A stretch of 64,000 nt of DNA from Octopus vulgaris. Taxonomy: Eukaryota. The position numbers and the translations under genes were made by a program. The notes below the pieces were generated by a model. The model was given only the letters and a program-made list of their open reading frames with translations, did no database searches and had not been told where the DNA came from. The stretch lies in contig OX597818.1 in NCBI GenBank assembly GCA_951406725.2, positions 54,994,001-55,058,000 on the forward strand. Reading direction: 5' to 3'. Shown piece by piece: positions 14,757-27,499 of this stretch (positions are counted from its first letter, which is position 1; every line of letters begins with the position of its first letter).

Positions 14757-15620
14757 TAAATAAATGACTTGGTGAAAACAACAGTCAATATAAACAGGAC
14801 CTCCGACAGCCAGTAAACTCTTGTAGAAATGTTAAGAGTACTCGCTTCTGTAAAAATCAGAGATACCAATGTTTTTATTTGTGTGTGTACGTGTGTGTGA
14901 GCGACTGTGTTTTTATTCGTTTGTGTGTGTGCGACAATTACAGCTACAACAAACACTTTAAGCATCTCTAAGATACCCACATTTGCAGATCACTAACTGC
15001 TAAATGAAAAGAAGTTCAATTTATTGCACCTTTAGCGACGTCAGATATGCAAGTGTTAAGCACCCAATGCCCCCCGTATCTACATACCTGGATCGGCCAT
15101 AATTGGCCTCATTCGGAGATCTCTCGGGTGTGGAATATTTATGACTATAGAAGTTAACTTGTTACAGGTTTTGTTTATGGCTTAACTTTTGTAGATTTTG
15201 GGAAGTCCACAGATGTTACTGGCTTTGCAGTCAAATATAGTCAAGCAATTTGTCTCCTTTTTTTGTTAAATCGTGTTGGAACTGGTGGATAAGAGTAGAC
15301 AGTTTGGTCATTATCTTCGATTGACTGTATCTGTTAGGGTTAGGGTTAGATTTTTTAACCGATGCTGGTGTGTTGGAAAGCAAGTTACATACCACAGCCA
15401 CTGTTACATATATATACGACAATCTTCTAACAAATCCGTCTAACAAATCCAATCACAAGGCTTTGGTCGGCCCTGGGCTACAGTAGATTTTTCAACCGAT
15501 GCTGGTATGTTTTCCTCCCTGTATTTTAGTGGTTCGGCCAAAAAGAATAAGTTAGAATAAATACTAGGCTTAGAAAGAATAAGTGCTGCGCACGATGTGC
15601 TCGAATAATGGCGGTGGTCC
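11110..15620 (+). repeat. Subtelomeric mosaic modules: module A (about 11110-12290) and module B (about 12170-12700, 13420-13975, 14870-15620)
   Basis: Recurrent blocks such as GATACCCACATTTG(A/C), TACATACCTGGATCGGCCATAATTGG and GGAACTGGTGGATAAGAGTAGACAG. Further copies lie at about 22380-23475, 49000-50160 and 57690-59335. Confidence 0.85.
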
Positions 15621-15624
15621 AGCA

Positions 15625-15635
15625 TTTATATATAC

Positions 15636-15680
<45 letters not shown>

Positions 15681-15687
15681 AATACAT

Positions 15688-15763
<76 letters not shown>

Positions 15764-15845
15764 CATAAAGATATATATATATATATAATATACATATACA
15801 CATAAATATATATATATATATATATACACATAAATATATATATAT

Positions 15846-15877
<32 letters not shown>

Positions 15878-15927
15878 CATATACACATAAAGATATATAT
15901 ATATATATATACATATAACATATAAAT

Positions 15928-15969
<42 letters not shown>

Positions 15970-16073
15970 CACATAAAGATATATATATATATATATATAC
16001 ATATACACATAAAGATATATATATATATAATATACACATAAAGATATATATATAAATATATATATACACATAA

Positions 16074-16110
<37 letters not shown>

Positions 16111-16170
16111 ATATATATATATATACATATACACATAAAGATATATATATATATATACATATACACATAA

Positions 16171-16204
<34 letters not shown>

Positions 16205-16276
16205 ATATAAAGATATATATATATATATATATACACATAAAGATATATATATATATATATACATATACACATAAAG

Positions 16277-16310
<34 letters not shown>

Positions 16311-16386
16311 CACATAAAGATATATATATATATATACATATACACATAAAGATATATATATATATATATATACATATACACATAAA

Positions 16387-16426
<40 letters not shown>
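15625..16426. repeat. (TA)n-CACATAAAGA minisatellite, left flank of the LINE
   Basis: TACACATAAAGA units separated by variable (TA)n. Confidence 0.9.
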
Positions 16427-16429
<3 letters not shown>

Positions 16430-16750
16430 GATTAACTGTTGAAGTGGACGGACGTCTATTTGTTTCTCTCCCAAGTCAGTAGCAAGCTACACAGCTTCAA
16501 AACTAACTGACCTTAAATATATATATATTTGTAACCACGTGTTTGCCTACAAACCCGTAAGTACGTTTTCATTTAACTACAAATTGTTATATACACCTGT
16601 TTTTCTTTTAATATCCTCAAACAACCAAATAATCAAAAACTCACACCCTTAAGAGAGAACATTTATATATATATACACTTCTTTAACTCCCAAGAAAGAA
16701 TATATATATTTTCAAAAATCAAAAGGAAAACAAACAAAAGAAAAACAAAC

Positions 16751-17726
16751 ATGACTAACTTGCAGGCCTGCAACAGACGAAATTGGTCTGATAACGAAAT
16801 TGATGTTTTAATAAACACATGGCTCTCTCTTTCCCAAACAGAAAATCTAAATGTCTTGTGTTTGAATGAGATTGCCGAAAAAACATCACAAGTGGTCAAC
16901 ACACGATCCGTCAAACAGATTCGTAGCAAGTTGAAACATATCGAAGTATCTTTCAAACTGATAAGAGGCCATTTTGAAAAGCTTCTTCATATTTTCACAG
17001 TTCAAGAACAACAACAGCTAGAAAATCAGCAGCCACAACAACAACAACAACAACAGAATGAGCCACTCCTGGTTCCCAGCACAATGGCTGACCCTGACAT
17101 CGGTCAGGCACAACAACAACAACAACAGCCACAGCAACAAGAACAACAACAGCCACTCCTCAACTCTAGCTTACTAGACGATTCACTAAATGCCAGTATC
17201 TTTTCACCGCTCTCACAGCAACCACCACAATTATCATCATCATCATCACCACCGCTGCCACCATCGTCTTCTATCACCAAAAATACCAACAGAAAACCAA
17301 ATAAGAAACCACTGCCCTCTTCCCCCACATCACCACCTCAATACTACTGCAGTAACAAAAACTTAAAGAAACATAGGAAGCAGAATGCGCCCCCCACGGC
17401 ACAAACAAGAAATCCCCAAATATGCCGCTATTCACTGCGCCAGAGACTCTGCACAAAGTGACTGCATCTTCACGCATCTACCCGGCACTAGACGCACTAC
17501 CGGCCAAGGCCAAAGCACGCATCCCACAATAACATCAACACCACCAAATAGTAAATCGAAATTCAAAACACACACAACTCGGAGTCCCAAAATCTGCCGG
17601 TATTCCCAACGTGAGAGAACATGTCTACTGAGTGACTGTCCCTTCACTCATCTTCCAGGGACCCGACGCACAAACAGAAACGGGGCCTCAAGCCAACACA
17701 CAAACCTGAATAACAATAAAAAATAG
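16751..17726 (+). CDS. LINE ORF1: Myb/SANT-like N-terminus, polyQ and S/P-rich linker, two C-x8-C-x4-C-x3-H zinc fingers (one frameshift at about 17457)
   Basis: N-terminus RRNWSDNEIDVLINTW...EIAEK...TRSVKQIRSKLKHIEVSFK. Fingers are CRYSLRQRLCT/SDCIFTHLPGTRR (split across frames) and CRYSQRERTCLLSDCPFTHLPGTRR. Confidence 0.75.
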
Positions 17727-17951
17727 AAACACACCATGCTGCAGTAATGCTGGTCCAGTCATTTCAGGAAGACACAAAAACAACAACAACAAAAGTGGAA
17801 ACTACAACCCTATCCAACAGTGCAACCACACCTCCAGCCAAAAACTGCTCCCTAAGCAGGAAAATTCTTTTTTAGCCATGTTGAACATGGCAAAAGAGAT
17901 ACACAAAAACATTCTAGCCATCACTCAACACCATCCTATGCTATTACCCCA

Positions 17952-20900
17952 GTGCACCAATTCCCCACATTGCTGCCACTAACACACACAAAAAATCCAA
18001 GCCCCCTGCAACAGTCAAAACCAGCCACTACACTAACCTCCACATTCCTACTCAATGCACAAGGTGTCAGCCCTTCCATCAATGCACAAAAATGGAAGGT
18101 CCAATTCATTGAAGACTGGGTTGGTAACCATTCACACCACATCCCTTTCTTCATTCTCACTGAGACCCACCTTGACAACTCCCACTTGGAAGCCGAAGTG
18201 AGAGTGAAGAATTTCACAACCATCCGCGCGGATCGTATCGGCAGGAGGAAGGGTGGAACTGCCATTTTCCTGCATGATTCATTTACGGCAGATGGAAATA
18301 GTATATTCTCCAACGGCTACTGTGAATCAGTCACCGTGCACAACAAAGCCAATGACCTGACAGTAATTGGGCTCTATAGGCCGCCCCAAACACCCATACT
18401 GTGCTTTAAAGAATGCCTCAACAGCATTAAGTGCTTTATTCAACAGTGCCATTCTAGCAACATACTCATGATGGGAGACTTCAATCTACCCTGTGTTGAC
18501 TGGACTACAAACTGTTTGAAACCAAGCACTCCCGCCTCAACCGCTGACAAAGAAGCAGCAGAGTCACTTTTCGACTTTACGAATGAGTTTTTCTTGTCCC
18601 AACTTGTCCTTGCACCAACAAGACATCAGAACATTTTGGACCTAGTGTTTAGTAACCACACTAACACTATACATAACGTTACAGTGGAAAAAACCCTTCT
18701 TTCAGACCATGACATGGTTCTCTGTAACATGAAATTCCACCAGCCGAAAGCTAATCCTAGTGACCTTCCTCCAGCCCACCCATTTGACAACATGGATCTC
18801 CATAAAGCCAACTGGGATGCAATCAGGAACGAGCTATCAAATGTTGACTGGTCCTTTACACATACACACATCTCCACCAACCATAAAACATCTTGGCAGA
18901 TCTTTGTAGACACCGTCACAGACATATGTGCAAAACACTCCCCACCAAGACCTGTGAACAAAAAGTGCAGAATCCCCCAAAACAGAAAAACCATTATCAG
19001 AAAAATAAAAAGAACAAACAAAAAAATTAACAAACTAAAGTACTGCCAACAGCAACACACACATTCGACGGCTATCGCACTGCTTGAATCCAAAAAATAT
19101 AACCTCCAACAATGCATGAAGACCCTCATCAATAACCAAAGATCAGCTGAGGAGAAGTGGGCCATTGAAAAAATCAAACTCAACCCCAAAGTGTTCTTTT
19201 CATTTGCGAGGAAACGCAGGGTCACTGTCTCCACTGTAGGCCCTCTAATTGACGAAACTGGCACTCTCCAAGATAATGCCAAATCCATGGCCGAGATACT
19301 GCAGAAACAATACTGCTCTGTTTTCAGCAATCCTGATATGGCCGATCTGGGCTGTATCAGTGATGTCAACCCCCAACACACTATATCGGACATAATGTTT
19401 AGTGCTCCTGATGTCTTAGCGGCGATAAACGAAATAAAACACAATTCAGCAGTAGGCCCCGATAGGTTCCCTGCTTGTGTCCTGAAGGTGTGTCGACACC
19501 AACTTGCATCTCCCCTTGCTAATCTGTGGTGAAACTCACTGGATGCTGGCTATATTCCAAAAAACCTTCTGTCCCAGTCTGTTGTCCCAGTTTTCAAAAA
19601 GGGAAACAAGTCCCTTGCAGTGAATTACCGTCCGATCTCACTCACCTCTCATATCATCAAGGTATTTGAGAGGGTGGTGAGATCTCGAATAACCCAATTT
19701 CTGGAAAGCAACAGACGGCTGATCTCCAACCAACATGGGTTCCGTAATGGAAGGGACTGCCTAACGCAGCTCCTGCATCACTTTGAGGACATTTTGAGAG
19801 CTTTGGGAGAGGGCTCCAACACCGATGTCATCTACCTTGATTTCAGTAAGGCCTTCGACAGGGTCGATCACAAGATCCTATTGAAAAAACTATCCAACAT
19901 TGGTGTCTCTGGAAAGTTACTGAAATGGATTAAGTGTTTCCTGACAGACAGATCTCAACATGTTGTAGTTGAAGGGGTAAAATCAAGCCCAGCCAAAGTC
20001 AGTAGTGGCGTTCCGCAAGGCACTGTGCTGGGCCCACTTCTTTTCATCATTTACATTAATGACATTAATGACATCATCAAGCACAGCAACATAAAAATCT
20101 TTGCAGATGACTCCAAGCTACAGAAGGTCATAAATGAGGCGAGTGACCGGACATGCCTTCAGTCAGATCTACTGGCTGTTATCCAATGGGCAGAAAAAAA
20201 CAATATGCTGCTGAACGAGGATAAATTTGAGCTAATCCACTTTGGAAAAGAGGATGCCCTGAAACTCCCATACTCCCTTCCTTCAGGTGAAACTCTCGCG
20301 GCGTCCAACAACATCAGAGACTTGGGAGTAATTGTGGACAACAACGTAAGCTGGGCCACTCATATAAACACCAAAGTTGACATGGCCCGCAGAATGTGTT
20401 CCTGGATTCTCAGAACTTTCCAGTCGAGAGATATCCACACCATTATCCTTCTCTTCTCCACTTTTGCCCGACCCCACCTTGAATACTGTTGTCCACTGTG
20501 GTCTCCCCACACAATACAAGGTATCATAAAAGTTGAAGCACCTCAAAGGGCAATCACAAAAAAGATAGATGGCATGACAGGCCTCGACTATTGGGGTCGA
20601 CTAGAAAAGCTAAAACTCTATTCTCTCCAACGTCGTCGTGAGCGCTACATCATCTGCATGATGTGGAAAATATTCCATCAGCATTGCCCAAATGATGTTG
20701 GCATCACCTTTAAGGTACATCCAAGGCTTGGGCCCCGTGCCATCCGCCCAAAACAAAAATCGCACTCTCATCTCATAACAACAATACGGCACAATTATTT
20801 CACCTCAATTGGCCCCGCTCTCTTTAACATTACACCAAAACACATTAAAACAGAAACTGACCCTATAGGGTTCAAGAAGTCTTTGGACAGATTCCTTCAA

Positions 20901-20987
20901 GAAATCCCGGATAAACCCCCTACACCCGGATATGTCTCTGTAAACAATAACTCTCTACTTGAGTGGGCCATAGTGCCCAAATTCTGA
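17952..20987 (+). CDS. LINE ORF2: apurinic-like endonuclease plus reverse transcriptase, single in-frame stop at 19530-19532
   Basis: APE motifs LTETHL, GLYRPP, MGDFNLP, ILDLVF, SDH. RT motifs NYRPISLTS, QHGFR, YLDFSKAFD, GVPQGTVLGP, FADD. C-terminal LYSLQRRRERY. ORFs 17952-19532 and 19620-20987 are in the same frame. Confidence 0.95.
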
Positions 20988-21070
20988 CTTGAAAGACTTC
21001 ACCAGGTGGTGCTATTAAGTTAGACATGGCCTGGGCCAATAATGGCCGAAACCTATCAAAGTATCAAAGT

Positions 21071-22300
<1,230 letters not shown>

Positions 22301-22733
22301 ATATGTATGTGTGTGTCTATGTTTCTGTCTGCGTTTTTGTCCTCAAAATTGCTTGACAACCGATTCTGATGTGTTTACGTCACCGTAAGTTAGTGAGATA
22401 ACTACAAAATATCATATAGATTTACTTACCTTGCATATAATTATATTATTGTTATTAAATTGTGGTGTACCGCATTTAGTCGAGCAAATAGACCCCAGGA
22501 CTTATTTTTGTATTCCTAGTACTTAACGTATTGGTCTCTTTTGCAGAACCGATAATTTACGGGGACGTAATGTTCGATGTACTGAATTAGTAGGTATTTA
22601 TTTATTGTTAGAACTACAATTATCATAAATTATGGGCTAGGAAAGATACTAGAAACTTTTTTTATATACCTATTGGGGCTCCTTGTGAGTGTGGGACTGT
22701 TTTTATTTATGTGAGTGTGGGTATTTTCATTTC

Positions 22734-22767
<34 letters not shown>

Positions 22768-23473
22768 TGTTTTTATTTCTGTGTGCGCGAGTGTGTGAGC
22801 GACTGAGTGTTTCTATTTGCTTGTGTGTGTGCGACACTGACCATTGCTAAGATACCCACATTTGAGATCACTAACTACTAAATCAAAATAAGTTCAATTT
22901 ATTGCACCTTTAGTGACTTCAGATGTTGCTCATATTTTTGTCATGTGTCGACAATGTATTAATTTCACAAGTGGATGAAAGAAATTCTCATACTGGCGTG
23001 GAGGGAGCTGATATTCTAACTGCGAGTGCAAAGCACCCAATGCCCCTTTACATTCTGAATAAATTGTATGTTTGTGCTGGTTAGGGTTTTATGTGTGATT
23101 GTGTAACTGTGTTTTCATTTCTGTGTGTGGGTGCGTGTGTGTGTGTGTGTGTGTTTGTGCGTGTGTGAGTGTGAGAGTTTGAATGTGTAACTGTGTATTT
23201 TTCATTTCTATATGTGTATGTCTGTGTGTTTGTGCATGTGCAGGTATGTAACTGTTTTCATTTCTGTGTTTGTCCGCGTGTTTGAGTGTCTGAATTGGTA
23301 GACAGTTTGGTCATTATCTTCGATTGACTGTAGTTGTTGATGCTTTTAACCGATAGAGGTGTGTTTTACTCCCTGTATTTTAGCGGTTCGGCAAAAGAGA
23401 ACAAGTTAGAATAAATACTAGGCTTACAAAGAAGTGCTGTGTATGATGTGCTCGACTAAAGGCGGCGCTCCAG

Positions 23474-23516
<43 letters not shown>

Positions 23517-23663
23517 CTTCAGTCGAGCATATCGACCCCAGGACTTATTCTTTGTAGGCCTAGTACTTATTCTATCAATCTCTTTCGCTGAACCTCTAAG
23601 TTATGGGGACGTAAACAGACTAACATCCGTTGTGTAGCAATGTTTGGGGACAAACAGACACAC

Positions 23664-23701
<38 letters not shown>

Positions 23702-23994
23702 TTAAAAATAAGTCTATTACTTCAAATGTTAATGGTTTCTGTTAAGGCTCAGCAATTTTTAAACGAGTTCTTGACTAGAATTTGGTTTGTCAACTGTTAA
23801 AATAACTTTCAGTTCTTTAGACGTTCACATGATTAACAAGGCTAACTTGGGGTGGCTAGAAATAGCAGTCAAATTACTCTCAGATCCATACAAGATCATG
23901 CAATTGTTCAGTCTAGGAGCCCAATAACAAATCAACTTGGTTGTTTATGAAAGAAGTCGATATTTAGAGAGTGAAAACGTGTTTTTCTCTCTTT

Positions 23995-24145
23995 TTTGAT
24001 GGAGCACTGACTTTGGTCGAGCAAATCGACCCCAGGACGTATTCTTTGTAAGCCTAGTACTTATTCTATCGGTCTCTTTTGCGTAAACACAGCATCGGTT
24101 GCCAAGCGATGTTGGTGGGGACGAACATATACATACACAAACTCT

Positions 24146-24200
<55 letters not shown>

Positions 24201-24335
24201 GGGCTTCCTTCAGTTTCCGTCTACCAAATCCACTCACAAGGCTATAGTAGAAGACACTTGCCCAAGGTGCCATGCATTGGGATAGAACCCGGAACCATGT
24301 GGTTCGTAAGCAAGCTACTTACCACACAGCCACTC
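23995..24335 (-). mobile_element. SINE family B copy
   Basis: Reverse complement of the 37156-37550 consensus. Confidence 0.75.
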
Positions 24336-24348
24336 ATATATATACACA

Positions 24349-24743
24349 CTAGCAGTATCGCCCGGCGTTGCTCGGGTTTGTAAGGGAAATAATTATATAA
24401 GCATTTTTAGAGATGTAAAGTATAATAGCCATCTCAATATGGCTAACCACAAAGGGGGAGGGGTGTTACTGTAGCTTTTTACGTTCTGAGATTTAATAAT
24501 AAATTTTAGAGAGTTACTTCCCTTATATATGTCAAAAATGGATTAAAAATGGGAAAAATTGATGGTAAATTTTTTTTTAAATCGTAGACTCATCGTAGAC
24601 GCGCGCTAATACCCAGACGGTCTCGATATGAATCACGACTATAAGATACCCGGTTTTGGTTAAACTGCACCGCAAAATGTGGGAGTAGTTAGGAATCTAA
24701 ATCGTAGGAGACAGACACACAACCTCACTTTTATCTATAAAGA
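24349..24743 (-). mobile_element. Non-autonomous Helitron-like element (395 bp)
   Basis: The minus strand starts A|TCTTTATAGATAAAAG and ends with hairpin CCCGAGCAACGCCGGG followed by CTAG|T. This gives a 5' TC, a 3' hairpin plus CTRR, and insertion between A and T. Confidence 0.8.
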
Positions 24744-24905
24744 TTTCCTCTATTTACATAATATTGAGGTCTCTTTCTTTCTTTTGTTATCTTACTGTTT
24801 TTACCAATATACATATATATATATATATAAATATATATATAGTTACAGAGATGTACTTGCATAGCAAGTGACTTGATCTGATATCGTGTGCTGGAACGAA
24901 AACAG

Positions 24906-25164
24906 TTGCAGCGTTGAAGGTGTTTATAAGCCATTTAAGAAACACACAAAAACCGTTAGATTCACTTCAACATTTAAATTTAATTTGTCAAAATATTTTC
25001 GTCGCTTTGAGACCGCGACCTGTTAGCACGATATTTTTGTCAGTGAACAGGTGGCGGTCTCAAAGCGACGAAAATATTTTGGCAAATTAAATTTAAATGT
25101 TGAAGTGAATGTAACGGTTTTTGTGTGTTTCTTAAATGGCTTACAAACACCTTCCACGCTGCAA
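24906..25164. repeat. Long palindrome (119-bp arms, 21-nt spacer), probably inverted Penelope-type pLTR ends
   Basis: 24906-25024 is the reverse complement of 25046-25164 with few mismatches. The upstream flank (about 24840-24895) recurs inverted at about 5270-5320. Confidence 0.85.
25036..25086 (+). ncRNA. Candidate minimal type-I hammerhead ribozyme, G3-C8 core variant
   Basis: TTTGTCA (stem I), GTGAACA (core), G, GTGGC-ggtctcaaa-GCGAC (stem II), GAAA, ATAT (palindromic loop III), TT, TGGCAAA (stem I'). Confidence 0.5.
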
Positions 25165-25182
25165 TATATATATACACATATA

Positions 25183-25213
<31 letters not shown>

Positions 25214-25799
25214 GTGTATGTATGCATGTATGTGTGTGTGTGTGTGCGTGTCTGTGCTTGTGATTGTCCTCCACCACTGCTTGACAACGAATGTTGGTTT
25301 GTTTACATCCCTGTCACCTAGTGGTTTGACAAAGGAAACAGAATAAGTACAATGCTTACAAAAATAAAACTGGAGTTGATTCATTAAACTACAATTCTTC
25401 AAGGCATTGCCCCAGCATGTCCACAGACCAATGGTTGGAAAAAGCAGAAGAATAAAAGAATACATTCTCTGCTTTGGTCTTATGTTCAAGGCATGAGAAA
25501 GCTTGAGTTTACATGAGAAGGCCTAACAGACCTGGTAGAAACAGCAGCCAAATCTCCCTCAAATCACACCTTACTGTCTTGTGTATGTATATATATATGA
25601 GCCAATGAGGGGGACCCCTACATGGTAGCTAGACCTGGTAGAAATAGCAGCCAAATTTCCCCCAAATCACACCTTACTGTCTTATCTATGTATATATGTA
25701 TGTATGAGCCTATGAGGGAGACCCCTACATGGCAGCTAGACATGGTAGAAATAGCAGCCAAATCTCCCTCAAATCACACCTTACTGTCTTATCTTTCTG

Positions 25800-25852
25800 C
25801 TACTTGGATATAGGTATTATATTCGTCGTAAAAAACTTTCCTGTCACACACT

Positions 25853-25887
<35 letters not shown>

Positions 25888-25892
25888 CCTCA

Positions 25893-25931
<39 letters not shown>

Positions 25932-26311
25932 TCACACACACGCACGTTAGCTTACAATTTTATTTATATATTTGCGTGTCTATGTGTGGAAAGAGGAAGT
26001 GGGAGGCAGAGTGAAAGAATCACTCACTACAGTAAGTGAATTACTTTCATTTTATTCGTTGCCCACTGTGTGTGTGCGTTTGCGTGTGGTGTAAACCAGA
26101 CTAAGAAAAGCATTTGACACACACACCAGAATGTGAGTTTTCTGTAAATTTTGCTTAATTGGAGTTTAAATTTTAAAAACTGGACCTGGCATGACGCGAT
26201 GCATTGTACTCTTAAAAATGCTAGGTAAATTGTAATTGAAGAAATCCTATATTGTAGATTTGTATAACTCCCAAAGGGAGGCAGATAAAATCTGCCTTTT
26301 ATAATAAGAGA
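25800..26311 (-). mobile_element. Helitron-like 5' fragment with internal (CA)n
   Basis: The minus strand starts A|TCTCTTATTATAAAAGGCAGATTTTATCTGCC, resembling the 5' end at 24743. No 3' hairpin or CTAG found. Confidence 0.4.
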
Positions 26312-26679
26312 TACACACGACTGGTTTTATTCATTTTCCAGGTACCCAATAGACTCAAAATGTCATGCAATGGGATAATGGTGATAATTCAGAGATTTAA
26401 AAGAAATAAGGATGATTATAGTTGGAAGGGCAACTCTACTGAAACAAAAAGCATCAAGTCCTCAATACCTTTTGGTAGCAGCAACATTAGCATTTTGGAT
26501 ATAATTCATCTGTTTTTGTGGATCATAGAATCATCCATGAAGGACGTGTAGAAGTCAGTTATGTATACTAAAAAATATATCAACATCATTTAACGTCTGT
26601 CTTCCTATAACAGTTGACTACAATGCTGCTATGCCAGTCATTGGGTATAATACCTTTCTATATATCCTGATTAACTATA

Positions 26680-27291
26680 TGGGTGAAGTGTGTCAGACTG
26701 CCAGAAGGGAAGCTAGGAGGCAGGTTTATTTAGCCATAGGAGAAGCAGATAAGAAAAAATTTGCCAATGTTCTGCGCCGTGAGGACAAAAGACTTGAGAT
26801 ATTTCGTGTTGCAAGACAGTGTGTGAGAGAGAATCGTGATGTGGTAGGAGAGAAATGTGTTCGCATGGATAATGGTTCACTTGCGCTAAATGTGGCTGCA
26901 AAGAGAGAGGTTTGGAGACGCCACTATGAAAGGTTGCTGAATAAAGACAATGAATGGGAGAAAGAGAGTCTGCCGAATGTCGACCCAACTGAGGGACCAG
27001 CTATCCGAGTTGACAGTTCTTTGGTAGATAAGATAATTAGAAGTATGAAGACAGGGAAAGCCCCAGGTCCATCAGGAATTACTGCAGAGAGGCTCAAAAT
27101 ATCTGGCAGTGTTGGTTATAGCCTAGTCACCCGTATAGTTAACCAGTTGATACACGAAGGAGTCATACCCAATGACTGGTGTAGCAGCATAATAGTCAAC
27201 TGCTACAAAGGTAAAGGTGACGCTTTAGATACAAATAATTACAGAGGTATCAAGCTGTTGGATCAGGTAATGAAGGTTACGGAGAGGGTCA
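26680..27291 (+). mobile_element. RTE-clade LINE fragment (pre-RT and RT N-terminal region)
   Basis: VWRRHYERLLN, KAPGPSGITAE, IPNDW, YKGKGDALDTNNYRGIKLLDQVMKVTERV. The fragment ends at a TA-rich tract. Confidence 0.88.
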
Positions 27292-27499
27292 TATGTTTGT
27301 ATATATATTTGTATGTATATGTTTGTATATATATTTGTGTATATATGTTTGTATATATATTTGTATATATGTGTTTGTATATATGTTTGTATATATATAT
27401 ATGTTTGTATATATATATTTGTATATATATGTCTGTATATATATATTTGTATATATGTTTGTATATAGATTTGTATATATATGTTTGTATATTTGTATA

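Larger units (their letters stand above)
16427..21070 (+). mobile_element. Apparently full-length CR1-group (CR1/Crack/Daphne-like) LINE, about 4.6 kb
   Basis: 5' UTR, ORF1, APE-RT ORF2, a structured 3' UTR and a (TATCAAAG)2 tail. Both flanks are the same TA-based minisatellite. Confidence 0.93.

Noticed and set aside
19530-19532. Programmed stop read-through or selenocysteine in LINE ORF2
   Set aside because: The sister copy has Arg at this position, so a point mutation or sequencing error is the simpler explanation.
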